From: Antedon mediterranea
Lineage: Eukaryota; Animalia; Echinodermata
Length of the DNA: 64,000 nt
Assembly: GCF_964355755.1 (NCBI RefSeq)
Contig: NC_092679.1
Span: 18,583,432 to 18,647,431 of the forward strand
Direction of reading: 5' to 3'
Under the pieces are notes generated by a model. It did no database searches. It saw only the letters and a list, made by a program, of their open reading frames with translations, and was not told the origin of the DNA. The stretch's first letter is position 1; each line of letters opens with the position of its first letter. Position numbers and translations under genes: made by a program. This document shows positions 1 to 12,900 of the stretch, in pieces.

Positions 1-172
1 TAGAAAGTACCAATAATAATAATAATTGACAGGCTTTCCACAACAATCTTAGGCTATCCCAATGAGGCTGCTTCTTGAGGAGTTACTGTTTATTTAAAAG
101 TAATGACATATTTAGGGAAATATTATTGTTTTAATTGATTATTAATACTTCTATGTTTCTTGTTTTATGCAG

Positions 173-3100
173 AATGAATTTATTCAGAGACAGGGTAAGC
201 TGGAGGATGAGCAGAAGTCATTAGCTGAATCTTACGCATTAGCCCAAAAAAAATATATTGACGAAAAAGGTACAATACTGCCATAGAACCCCTTCTTTGG
301 GACGGACACCCCTATTCAGACCCCCCCCCCCCCCCCCCGTACAACGAACGAGGGGAAATACCGCTACGACACCCCTATCCCATGAAAAGAATGTGGGGAA
401 ATATATGCATTACCACTACAACCAACCTTTAATCAATGGAAGCCCTAATATAGGTAGCGCATTGTTAAGTCCCATGGATGTTCCCATAAGGCTTCTACTG
501 TATCTCTCTTTGAATAAAAAAGATACTTTAATATAAAGTATATAGATATCATAATCAGGATTTCAACTATTTTATTGTAGCTCGGGCAAATGAATTGTTA
601 TCACAAACAAGAACATTGAAGAGCAACATGGACAGCGCAAAGCAAGAATTAGCAGACTACAAGCTAAAAGCTACAAGAATATTACAGGTATGAAGAACAG
701 TTGCCAATATATTACTGTTTTTATGCCCAATCTCCTGAATAAATGAATTACCTATTTATATCTGAAGGCAAGGCCTGAACTCCAAAAACGTCAATTTTGG
801 AAATTGATAATGTGATTTTTTTCTTGCGTTGTAGTCAAAAGACAAATTGATAAACAGCTTGAAGGAAGGAGCAGTAGCTATAGAGGGCCAATCTAGCAGT
901 TCAGTGGAACTGGAAGAAATATCAAACGAAAGAGATTTGCTACGAGAAGAACTTCATCAGTCCAATACTAAACTTGAAACTCTTAGAATTGAAATTCAGG
1001 TGAGTCTGTCATGTAAATCTTTTGAAAAACACATTTTGATTAGACTTTTTACTTATTGTCAGCTACAACTATAAAGCTCTGCCTACACTACTGTATCAAA
1101 TCAAAATAAACATTATTATTTCCTTCAATTGCAGAAAAGATAGAAATATAATCTATAAAAACGTAATAATGTTTAAAAAAAAGAACAAATGACAAGAAAA
1201 ATTAACAAACTAATCATTACTTTCATCCAAAAATCATTAAACATGTTTGACAAAAAAAGTGTGATGTGCACAAACATGGTAGTGATATGCCCAAATACGG
1301 TAGTGATATGACATCATCATATCCATATATCGGCACATTACATTTTTTTTTGCCACATCAATTTGATAGTGTAAACAGAGTTAAACAGACTACATTGTTA
1401 TTTGTGGAAGCTATGAAAAATCTGTCATATATTTTGAAGGATTTGGAAATGATGCAGCAGGCAGATTCAGAGACGGCACAAGACCAAATCCAAGATCTGC
1501 AGGATCAACTGGAGAAAGCAAGGCAGAATACAAGAGAGTGCGAGGCAGATCTGGAGAAAAAGAACGAGGAATTAAGATACATCCAAGACGATAGTCACAA
1601 ACAGAAACTGAATCTACAAGCAAAATTACAGGAAAAAGATGAAGAAATTGTAACGTTAAGAAACCAGGTATATTGAAGATGTTCATTGTATCCAGGGGTC
1701 AGATTTATCAAACATGCTTAGAAAAAAATCATCCTTTTTTACTTAAGTCAAAATAACCTAAGTAAAAACGGGACTATTTAAAAAAAATCTTAGATGACAA
1801 AGTTCATGGCCATTCTGCAAAGATAAACAAACTAGTTCGAAATAAAGCTTTAGTTTTCACTTAAGCACTTCTTACTTATTTTGACTTAAGTAAAAAAGAT
1901 ATGCACACTAGTACCATTAGACCACTAGGGCTTCCTTGATATATGAAATAATATTGACCTATTACTACTATATCATGTATTTTTAACAGTTGGTGGCAAA
2001 GCGTATGAGTGGCACAACACAGGCAGAGTTAGAAAATCGTCTACATACATTGACCGAAAGTCTTATTCAGAAACAAACGATGCTGGAAGCATTAGGGACT
2101 GAGAAGAACTCACTAGTACTACAACTAGAAAGAATGGAGGTATGATATACAGTAGATCCCCTATTAAGCAGACACCTTTAGGAGCCAACTGTCATCCTAA
2201 TAGGGATGTCCTCTTTATACGGGTGACCCCTGAATAGGGGTGTCCCCGGAAAAGGGTTGGCCGTAGTGTTTAAACATATATGATTGCTCGTTTGTTTTAT
2301 GGAAAGTTTATCCTTAATAAGGGTGCCAAAAAGAGGGGTTCTGCTGTATTTAGAGAATCGGCAAAAGAAATACAGTAACTAAAAGCAGGAGTATGCTGTA
2401 CCATAATTGGTTGTTATATATATATTATATATCTTGGTACAGTGGTATCTACACTGGAATAAAATAAACAGTAAATAACTGATGAACTATCAAATGACAT
2501 GTCTCTCCTAATTTTTGTGGAACAGAAAAACCACAAAGACTCGCAAGGAAGCCATCATGTAATGAACAGTAACCACCGCAATCACACCGTGACCTTTAAC
2601 CACGTTGAAGACGAAGAAGGTATGTTGACGTCATCACATCAAATAATATAGGCTACACAATAAGACTTGCATTGGTAATTTTGAAGTGCATAAATGAAAT
2701 GAAATATGTTATCTTAACATTTATATATTGTTTTTAGGAGCCCGACAACGCACCCTGCCATCATTTATGCGAGAGGAGCCTAACGATCCAGTCGTGACCA
2801 AGAATGTGAAGAGGGCAGCAAACACAATAGACAAATTCAGCATACGACTAGGCGTATTCCTTAAGCGATATCCAATTGCAAGAGTTTTTGTAATTTGTTA
2901 TATGGTAAGTTAATCTGGGTACATTTAGAATAGTTAGAAGCTGTAACATGGCCGTTCGTTTTGTAGATAATATGTGTATTTGACTGGTCACTCAGAAACG
3001 CTCTACTGCTAATGCTTGCATATATAAATAGCAAAGAGTTTTGAGGAGCTACATATGCTGATGATCTGCTCACAACAGCCGAATCTTCAGCTCTGTCTAC

Positions 3101-4509
3101 ACTATCAAACTTTATGTGATGTGCCCATATATGGACATGATGTCATATCACTACCATATTTGTGCATATAACTACCATATGTGGGCACATGACACTTTTG
3201 TCGAACTAGTTTGATAGTGTAGACAGAGCTTAATAGGCCTAATCCTATTCAGTTTAGGCCAAATTGAGCTTCTGCCAAGATGAAATGTACCCTAAATACT
3301 ATGTACATAATAAATAATTATATAATAATATATATATATAATTTAATTACCGTATATAATTATAGTATATATACAATTTAATTATATAATATATATATAA
3401 TTTAATTATATAATAATATATATATAATTTAATTATATAATAGTATAGTATATAATTTAATTATATAATAATATATATAATTTAATTATATAATAATATA
3501 TATAATTTAATTATATAATAGTATAGTATATAATTTAATTATATAATATATATATAATTTAATTATATAATAGTATAGTATATAATTTAATTACATAATA
3601 TATATATAATTTAATTATATAATAATATATATATAATTTAATTATATAATAATATATATATAATTTAATTATATAATATATATATAATTTAATTATATAA
3701 TAATATATATATAATTTAATTATATAATAGTGTATATATATAATTTAATTATATAACAATATATACAGGCCCGTATCCAGGGGGGGTGCGTTGGGTGCAG
3801 ACGCACCCCCCCAAGTCCCAAAAGGTCCACTATTTCCTCGGTTGGTATTTTTTCTTGTCTTGTTTAACTAAAGACAATATCATTATATATATACAAAATT
3901 TACATTATCAATGGTATACAAACAAAAATATGCTAATATAAAATGAAAAAATACCGGTAATTAAATTACGGAATCTGAACTGACTACAAACTCGATGTAA
4001 AACATGCGCAGTCGATCATGTGACGACAAGCAATAGCTTAGCGCTTCATGTACGCGGTACGCGGTAAAGTGTTTGCTGGAGAAATACAGACAACTTAACG
4101 TCAGGGAACACGTGTACTTTTTGTCGGGGAATATAATATACTGAGTTGGCCTCATCATGAAAGCGTTAAGTTCTGGTGTCCATCGTTCAACTAGCCCAAG
4201 CCACAACAGAGAGTCTTACATCAGTCTTTAGAACGTCAAATAACGCAAATTTTTCCAGGGCCTTCGGCCCCTGGACCCTGACCGGGGGCCCTTGGCGGCC
4301 CCCTGGCCCCCAGCCATTGTTGCTCGCTTCGCTCGCACCCCCCCATTATAAATGCTGCATACGGGCCTGATATATATAATTTTGTAATTATTATCTTTCA
4401 GATTATGTTACATTTATGGGTGATGGTCGTGTTACTGACATACTCGCCAGAAATACACAATGATTTTCATCCGTTTGATTCCAAGAATCCAAACCCTCAT
4501 AACAAATGA
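173..4509 (+). CDS. GOLGA5: Golgin subfamily A member 5 (golgin-84), 3' part; 5' exons lie upstream of the window
   Basis: GT-AG exons 173-269, 581-687, 835-999, 1440-1667, 1990-2139, 2526-2619, 2738-2904, 4402-4509 (TGA) splice in frame. The product is a coiled coil with ELENRLHTLTESLIQKQTMLEALGTEKNSLVLQLERME, then DKFSIRLGVFLKRYPIARVFVICYM-IMLHLWVMVVLLTYSPEIH, the golgin-84 C-terminal transmembrane anchor. Confidence 0.93.
3089..3230. mobile_element. MITE family 1 (TIR AGCTCTGTCTACACTATCAAAC, PIF/Harbinger-like), representative copy
   Basis: About 22-bp TIRs, often flanked by TAA/TTA. Related copies at about 1075-1381, 4778-4910, 5770-5916, 9430-9593, 9777-9893, 10543-10696, 15418-15562, 20620-20737, 21060-21507, 24825-24963, 25980-26076 and 26284-26433. 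Confidence 0.8.
3310..3765. repeat. AT-only minisatellite (about 22-28-bp unit ATATAATTTAATTATATAAT..)
   Basis: Direct tandem reiteration in the last GOLGA5 intron. Confidence 0.9.
3766..4369. mobile_element. Non-autonomous DNA transposon, hAT-like (TIR CAGGCCCGTAT)
   Basis: CAGGCCCGTAT...ATACGGGCCTG with GC-rich subterminal ends, inserted in an (AT)n tract; TSD ambiguous. Confidence 0.7.
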
Positions 4510-5928
4510 AAGACAGAATGATAAATAAGAACATTTTACCTACAAGAAACACAACTTGTCAATACTAGGCTGGACCACAATGTTCTGGAAGCATTGTATG
4601 GGGAATTTGTACCTTTAAATAGAGTACAGCAATGCATTCTGGGTGTCTAATTGTAGGTTACCTGTAGTAATAAACAGAAAAGTAATTATTATATGTACTA
4701 CCCACAATTCATCAGTCATGCTGAGGTTATCAAAGTATAAGGTACAGGGTTAGACATCTCATAGATAACTAGTTTAAAGCTCTGTCTACACTTATCAAAC
4801 TTTATGTGACAAAAAATGTGATGTGCCCATATGTCATATCACTGGGCATTGGGCACATCACAAATTGTTTTTGTTAAAGACTGGTTAAGTTTGATAGTGT
4901 CAACAGAGCTTAACTTGATCATCTAAAACAAAAAAAATACAATACAAAAGTTTATTCTCAATTTCTGTTGAAGGTAAATAACATGTCACTATTTTATGTT
5001 TAAAACAAAGAAAATATTTTATCCCAACTGCTTGAATTATCCGCATTAGTTAGAGATTCATAATACAGTCAACTCTCCAAAACCGCATTCAGAATACTAG
5101 ACATGTTAGGCCACCCCAAGGATTTCCGGTCTTAGGGAGAGTTGACTTTTTGATTTTGCCCATGTTTTCATTAAATTTGGTGAATGAATATGATTAATAG
5201 TTTGTCGAAACTATTGTTAATAAAAGGGAGTATTTTAAAGCATGATTAGTGCATATTGCAAGACTTTTTTTATTCAGATTACTCCAATCCCAGAATTTGG
5301 CATAATCAATAAGATGAAGGGTTATGTTAATTATATTATTGATAAATTATAAAAAAATATAGGTTTACATATGGTTTACCTTAGCTACCAAATTGTTTAA
5401 ATTTATTTTAAATACCTAAACATGATTGCACTGTTTAAAGATATAATATGGGTGCGATGAGACTATATATGGGCATGTAATATTATTGATTTCTTTGTAT
5501 TTGATCATGTGACTTATTTTATTTACATTTTAAATTTATTTTTAGTAATAAAGCAAATCTATTCCATAATGGACTTAGAAATACTAGGACACTTGTAAAT
5601 TAATAAATAATAAAATACATTAATTAAAATAATATACTTTGTGAGTGGTGTTTATTTTTTTGCATCCACTGTAACTGTTTGTACGTAGTGCATTAGGATA
5701 CTATCGACTAAAATATAAGATACATGTAAAATAGTTCAGCTGGAAATGCCAACTGGTGGATTAACATAAAGCTCTGCCTACACTATCAAACTAGTTTGAC
5801 AAAAAAAGTGTGATGTGCCCAAATATAGTAGTACTGTAATATGACAATCCATCGTGTCCATATATGGGCACATCACAGTTGTTTGTCACATAAAGTTTGA
5901 TAGTGTAGACAGAGCTATAAGATAATAT

Positions 5929-6090
5929 ACAAATAATGAATGTTTATGAGTGCAATGGTACAAATAATGGCTCGAGGTGAATGATGAAAGGTTATATCAA
6001 CGAGGCAAAGTCGAGTTGATATAACCTTTCATCATTCACCAAGTGCCATTATTTGTACCATTACACGAATACAAAACATTCATTATTTGT
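5929..6090. repeat. Long imperfect palindrome (about 75-bp arms), likely part of a repeat element
   Basis: ACAAATAATGAATG...GGTGAATGATGAAAGGTTATATCAAC / GTTGATATAACCTTTCATCATTCACC...CATTCATTATTTGT around a CGAGGCAAAGTCGAG centre. Confidence 0.8.
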
Positions 6091-7561
6091 TTTATATAAC
6101 ATCTAGACGTTTTTTTTTCGTACACAAAAATGTTTCAAAAAGTACTATTTAACGATCGTTGAATAGTGCGTACTATTGCACGCCATGTGACCCACATTCG
6201 TCCAATCAAATGACAGGAATTTATATAGGTGTTATATAATTACTAATAACTTGGGTGTTAAGTCTAGGACCTAAAGTAGCTTGTACAGCTGTGTGTAAAG
6301 CATATTACAACAAAACATATCAACACAATCAAATTATAACTATGTTAAACATTAAATTAAGTGTGGTACTTACTCAAAGTAAGATGTTGCAATTATCTCC
6401 AATTCCTGACCCAAACTTTCTAAAAATGTGACTGATAGCTGAAACAGAAGTTTTTTTTTTTGTGACGATCAAAACTTTAAGGTTATCAGACTTTATGGTT
6501 AACAATCCTATAGTATTTATTATATGAAAACCTAGATGTGAAAATGGTAAAAGTAAAATTACAAACATAGTTTCTGTTGAATTCTTTGATAATACATTTT
6601 ATATCCACAATGAACATGATACAATTCCTCCAAGTAAAACTTCACATTTATATTTCTTTCTCAGCATTTTCATTTACATTAAAATCTAGCAGTATAATAT
6701 TCATTAGAAATGAACCAGTATTGAACTATATCTTTAGGGACCATGTCAACAATATTCTACTGCAGTTGCTGCAGTAACTAAATTTGTTGAATCCTTTTCA
6801 CATATTTTACTGTTTGTATGATGTGAATAAAGTTAAAAATCTAGAATAAATTGTGTGTACTGCAATAATATGTGATTGTATAAGTTTATGAGGCAGTCTT
6901 TGCAATAAACAGTTTGTGTGCTGCTTACCCAAAAAAGGTTGCTAAAAATTGTATAAAAAATTTTAAAGAATGTACTGTAATTACTGCAGTAGAATAATCT
7001 AGACACATTCCCTTACTTTTCCAAAAGTTACAGTATACCATAGAAGTAGTATAATATCTCTATGAATATACACAGATTTCATAATCGAAATGCTGCATTG
7101 TTGCCTTATATCAGACAAAATACAAATGATTAAATATGGACTGTGGACTTGTCAATAAAATAACTTTTTTCAGTCACCATTTTAGCGCCTCTAAGAATTA
7201 CAAGAACTAGTTATTTTCTAAGTCCTAAAAAGACCACGAAATAGCACAATACGAATCAATGCATTTAGAATTTTGATACATCTTCACCTCTCATATCTCA
7301 AACAGGTAATGACGATTTCATTTCTGACCAAGAAAAATTATAAATATTTTATGAATATATATATTTCAAAATACCAATAATAAAGTATTCTTAATATTGA
7401 TACACTTATAATAATATAAAGAAAACAATCAAAAATGTTAAAAAATATTTAAAACAACAAATTATACACCTATTACATAATTTCAATAGTAGACATATAT
7501 ATGTTTTAATGTTAACAAAAGCTACCTAAACATTGATAAATTAATTGAAACAAATGTTTAA

Positions 7562-7848
7562 AGATGTATTGTCCCCCAAAAACATGAAAAATGAAGATTA
7601 AATAAATCAGACTTTGAATATGTTATTTTTGAGTTTTAATAAAGTTAATCACTTCCATAGACAAAGAAACAAAAAAAAATCAAGTTTTCACTTATAAAAT
7701 GACAAAATAAATGGTTAAATTCAACCTTTAAATACATTTGTTTTCGATCCAATTTTTGGTCAAAGTGGATAACTATTATGCTACATTAAAATGGAATATT
7801 CAACAAAAAATTGTTTAGGAATTATTTTTTCAGGGGTACAATACATCT
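7562..7848. mobile_element. TTAA-flanked MITE family 2 (TIR AGATGTATTGTCCC; Kolobok-like)
   Basis: TTAA|AGATGTATTGTCCCC...GGGGTACAATACATCT|TTAA; a short relative at 16040-16168 and a degenerate one at about 56800-57208. Confidence 0.75.
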
Positions 7849-8863
7849 TTAATGAATGCAATTTACTACAAATTTATGATTCAGGATTTCTGCAAGTAAA
7901 TATGTTATTCATTTATTTATTAGTATATTAATTATATTAAATTTATAATAAAGTTCACATTCATTCAAGATCACTGAAAAAAAATATTCTAAAGACAACT
8001 TATTATGGTTTCTCTGGATTATATCCAAAAGCATTCATAAAAAAAAAACCCCTTCATATGAATTCAAAACTGCCAATGACTGGAGAAGAAAATCGGGGTG
8101 ACATGATGGATACCTCTTCCCACAATGCAACTAATTTGCTGCCATGTTGAGTACGTTCCTTACCGTGTAATCATTTACCACCATTCGGGTACATCCACAA
8201 TCAGTTCCCTTGACATCATTACAACCATCACAGAAATAAAAGACCTATTCCAAAAAACATTTGTTTCTCTGACCTTAACAATAAACTACCAAGTAAAATC
8301 TAACCTAGCAGAGTAATACCCAATATTGCATTGGTTTAGTACATTCAATATTATAAGCATATACAATTTGGAGGGAAAAATAAATATAATTGTTTACAAT
8401 ATGTGTGCGTTTATCAGGGGCTTTAACATAAGCGATGTGACAAAATGCATACTTAATTGTGATATTACCTGTAATTTCTATTGGTTGATTAATCTGAAAA
8501 ACTATTTAAATAAATCAACCTTGTTATCTAGGTAAGAATTTGATCGAGTAGATAACATTTAGGTATTTTTAGGAAAACTATAAAAGCGATTTACAATGGG
8601 TGAATTTGTTAATGGAAATTGATCAATTATAAACTGTGTAATTCTTATAATGAACAAAGTTGCGAATTGAGCACGAGTTGTAAATATTCTAATCACTAGT
8701 TTCACACTTAATTTGTGAATAAAAATGTTACAAAGAGACCACCTCTATTAAAAGACCATCCTTTTCTTTCTCATCCACAAATCAAAACATTCTTATACAT
8801 TGTTATATTTATTTACGGTCATTTACATATTATTTCAGGAATTTACTTGTTTTTTCCAACAAG

Positions 8864-9037
8864 CAGGGGCGTAACCATGAGCGCTTACCAGGGGCCCTGA
8901 AGCTTACAGGGGCTCACTTAGTAGGGGATGAAGGAAACAACAGATATTCAAATATGTTAAAAAAGGTTAAAAACGCTTAAGGCCTCCAGCTTTGGAGGGC
9001 CACTGAAGGTCCCTAAGACCTCTGTGTTACGCCACTG
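8864..9037. mobile_element. hAT-type MITE with 8-bp TSD CCAACAAG
   Basis: CCAACAAG|CAGGGGCGTAAC...GTTACGCCACTG|CCAACAAG. Confidence 0.85.
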
Positions 9038-9983
9038 CCAACAAGAAAGCTGTTGAAAAACTAGTTGGCATGGGCCTAGAAGCATATTTATGGTCTGAAA
9101 TAATTTGTAGATGATGCTTCCAATTTCCATTCTATGGTCCTTTAATAGCATCTCCAATATAATGTTTATAAAATACAATAATTTTCGTTTGTATAATACA
9201 CTAGTCACAGCCAACAAGACGTATCAATCAACCGTATATTACCATCCAGTTTTACAAGTTAGTACACTATGTCAATACAAATGTTGACAGATTTCATTAA
9301 AAGGGAATCTGGAAGATCCATTAACTGCAGTCTACGTAAACTCGCCTTTAACAAGCCATCCTGATGGGATAAAACATGAAGAAATAAGCATGGTATGTTT
9401 CCATTTCCAGTTTCTGATTACAAAGACTGAAGCTCCGGCTAGACTATCAAACTTTATGTGACAAAAAAATGTGATATGCCAATACTGTATATGGACATGA
9501 TGTCATAGCACTAGCATATTTGGGCGTATCACTAGCATATTTGGGCATATCACTAGCATATTTGGGCACACTATTTATGTCAAACTAGAGCTTAAAGAGT
9601 CCACCTATGGTCTGAAAGTTTTTTCTGAGGCAGTCTCAACATTGTGGAGTTCCTTACCTAATTGAATTCGACAGCTTTTCTTTTCTGACATTGACAAATT
9701 TTTTCATTTATCTAACAATTTTGCCATTTTCTGTTTTACTTTCAATTTATGTACAGCACAGACTGCTCATAAATCCCGGTCTACACTAGCAAACTTTATG
9801 TGATAACAAAATGTGATGTGGATATATGGATATGATGATGTCATATCACTACCATATTTGGGCACATCACACTATTTTGATAGTGTAGACAGCGTTTAAG
9901 AATAATTAATTTTGTGACGATGGCAACATTATAGATAAAACTTACCATTAATTAAAATGATTCTTTAATATATTATAGTATGA

Positions 9984-12900
9984 TTATGTAAGATCCATGC
10001 CACCAATAGATTTCTTGATTCGAAGTAAAATTGTTGTTAGCCATTGGTCAAGTCTAGAGATTGAGTCGTATTCTTTCACCTGTCAATAAAAAATATATAA
10101 GATATATAATAGAAGATATAACAGATGATATTGAATAGATTGATAATGTGTTACCCAAAGTTGCTGTTGAAACTGAACACACACAAAACTGTTTTGGAAT
10201 TGAGTTGGTTTTTCGTTTATATACTGTATGTATATGACAGACAGAATTTTAACCTAGGACCCTGGGATGGGGAAGCCTAGCATCTTTTTTTGGGGGTCAT
10301 TCTCATTTTTTTTTGTAGAATTTGTCTCTACAAGATTAGGAGGTATACAACTTACAGCATCGGTATAGCCATCAACATCTTCCTCTTCTAGGGCTGCCAA
10401 CAATTTCTGAAATAAAAATTAATACAAAAAAATATTCTCTAACTATAAAAATACTGAATATAGAGAAATGAAATACTGGACAGGTACATCCAGTGGTGTG
10501 TTTACATTACTCTTTTTAGAACAACACTTTCAAGGTGTTTAAAGCTCTGTCTACACCATCAAACTTTATGTGACAAGAAAATGCCATATATGGACATGAT
10601 GATGTCATATCACTGCCATATTTAAGCCTATCACTACCATATTTGGGTACATCACACATTTTTTGTCACATAAAGTTTAATAGTGGAGACAGAGCTTGAG
10701 TGTTGATTTGACGAAGTATGGTACTCACATTAAGAAGTTTATATTCACGACTATCAGCAAAAGCAGGAAACATCTCTTCATACTTTTGTACAGCGTGCTT
10801 TGCGTTTAGCGTATCTATACACATGTTACACAAAGCGGCCTTAAAGAAGTAATCCTTAGCGCTGTACTTTAATAACGGGGTATTCAACGACACTTCCGCA
10901 ACCTCGTTATAGATGTCAACGGCCTTGCTGTAATTCTCTAGTTGAGCGCTGTACTGGGCAACTTTCAGGAGGCATTTATTAGCTGAACTGTGGGAAAAAA
11001 ATATATTATTATTTTTAATTCATTATTTAATTTCTTTATAAAGTCAAAAAGTGTAAATTAACCAATGTATTCGGTCATATGACAAAGTTTATCTAATGTC
11101 ACAAAAGAAAAACATACCTGGTAGAGTCCTCTCCCTTATAGTAATCTGCTGCCCTTTCGTAATACTCAATAGCTTTCTCAAGATCGATGGAGTTGCCTTC
11201 GTAGATCTCTGCCACAGATATAAGATGTTTAGCTGCGATTGCAAAACGCCCCATGTCTGTGAAGATTTCTATGGCTTGCTGCAAACATCTCACAGCCTCT
11301 ATAGAATACAAATATAAATGGAACATTTAGTTACCACAATCAGAATTAGAGATCTTCTAATTGCAGGACACCATACCAATGAGCAACAAAAACTGTGATG
11401 TGATAGCTATCGTAACTACACCAAATTCTGTATATATGACCATTGTACTGTGCAACATTCAAGTCTTGTATCCCTCAAAATAAATTGTCAAATTTGCGTA
11501 ACTTCATATTTATGTACACTAACTTGGTGTTGCATGATACAAACAAAACAAGACACAAAATATATTCAGTACATTAAAACACATACATTATATAGCTATC
11601 CAATCATCTGTGTATACATTGTAATGTGAATCAAGATTAGACAACCATTGCTTTTACCAGAACAGAGTAATTAAAATATTTAATGTGCTGAAATTATTAA
11701 AACAGCACACTGAATTATACATAATTTCAGATTTGTGTATTCTTGACAAAGAATATCAAATTAATGTTTACTATGTAGATATATAATATTTAAAAAAATA
11801 TCAATATTTTGGTAAAAATACTGCACATTTTTCTGGAAAATAAATGAATGCATTAATTATGCAAATCTTATTAAAAGATGTAGTCTGTTGAAGAGATTAT
11901 ACGCTCCAGTTACTAATGCGATTAGTTTTCTTAATTGAAAAATTAGTTACCGGATTAGTAATACAATAACCTATATATAAAGTAGACAAGCTTAGATAAT
12001 AATAATAATAATAATATACTGTGTAGTTTAGGCACATACATATGATACAGTAGAGAGAATTTTACCCAACCTCTTTGATGTCAAGTTGACCTAAACTTAC
12101 TACTGTAGTAACATTACATACATTACAGGTGTCTCTCTTAAAGATGTATTGTCCCTTGAAATACAAAAAAAATGAAGGTCAAAATATTCTAAATTTAAAG
12201 TGGCCATATCAAAGTAATATTAAAGTTATTCACTTTAAGTCGAAAATTCGAGCTAAAAACAACAAGTTTACGTAATTAACAGGTAAATTAGTTTGATTAC
12301 ATTTCATCTGGAAAAGATGTATTGTCCCTTGAAATACAAAAAAAATGAAGGTCAAAATATTCTAAATTTAAAGTGGCCATATCAAAGTAATATTAAAGTT
12401 ATTCACTTTAAGTCGAAAATTCGAGCTAAAAACAACAAGTTTACGTAATTAACAGGTAAATTAGTTTGATTACATTTCATCTGGAAAATCATCGCAAGCG
12501 AAAGTAAACAAAGATTTCAAACCATGAGTACGCATTATGCATACGTTAATTAGGATTGTTTACAACTTGTCACGGTTGAGAAGGTATTTTCACACGGATC
12601 ATAAGGAAGTTTTATTATTATGGATACAGAGTAGCCTAACAAGCGTGTTTCATTATGGGATATGTTTTTATCGAAAACTTTGACTGGAAGTCAAAGTTAT
12701 TTTTTTAACAAAAACAACGTCTGTATTTCAGTTAAATGATTTTTTTTTTCGAAAATTTTTTGGTGATAGTTAATAATTATTATGATACTTCAAAATGAGC
12801 CACCTTTTTTCAAAATCTTTTATTTTTTATTTTTTTGGAATTAGTCAAAGGGACAATACATCTTTTAACTTTTTAACTTTAACTTTTAACTAGAAGATCA

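Noticed and set aside
258-536. Proline-run ORF and other short TTG/GTG-started ORFs in introns or antisense to exons
   Set aside because: They lie in introns or opposite real exons, have no recognisable homology, and alternative starts are an artefact of the ORF caller.
3050-3090. CTGATGA motif as a third hammerhead (also reads YADDL)
   Set aside because: No proper GAAA box or stem III, and too short to support an RT remnant either.
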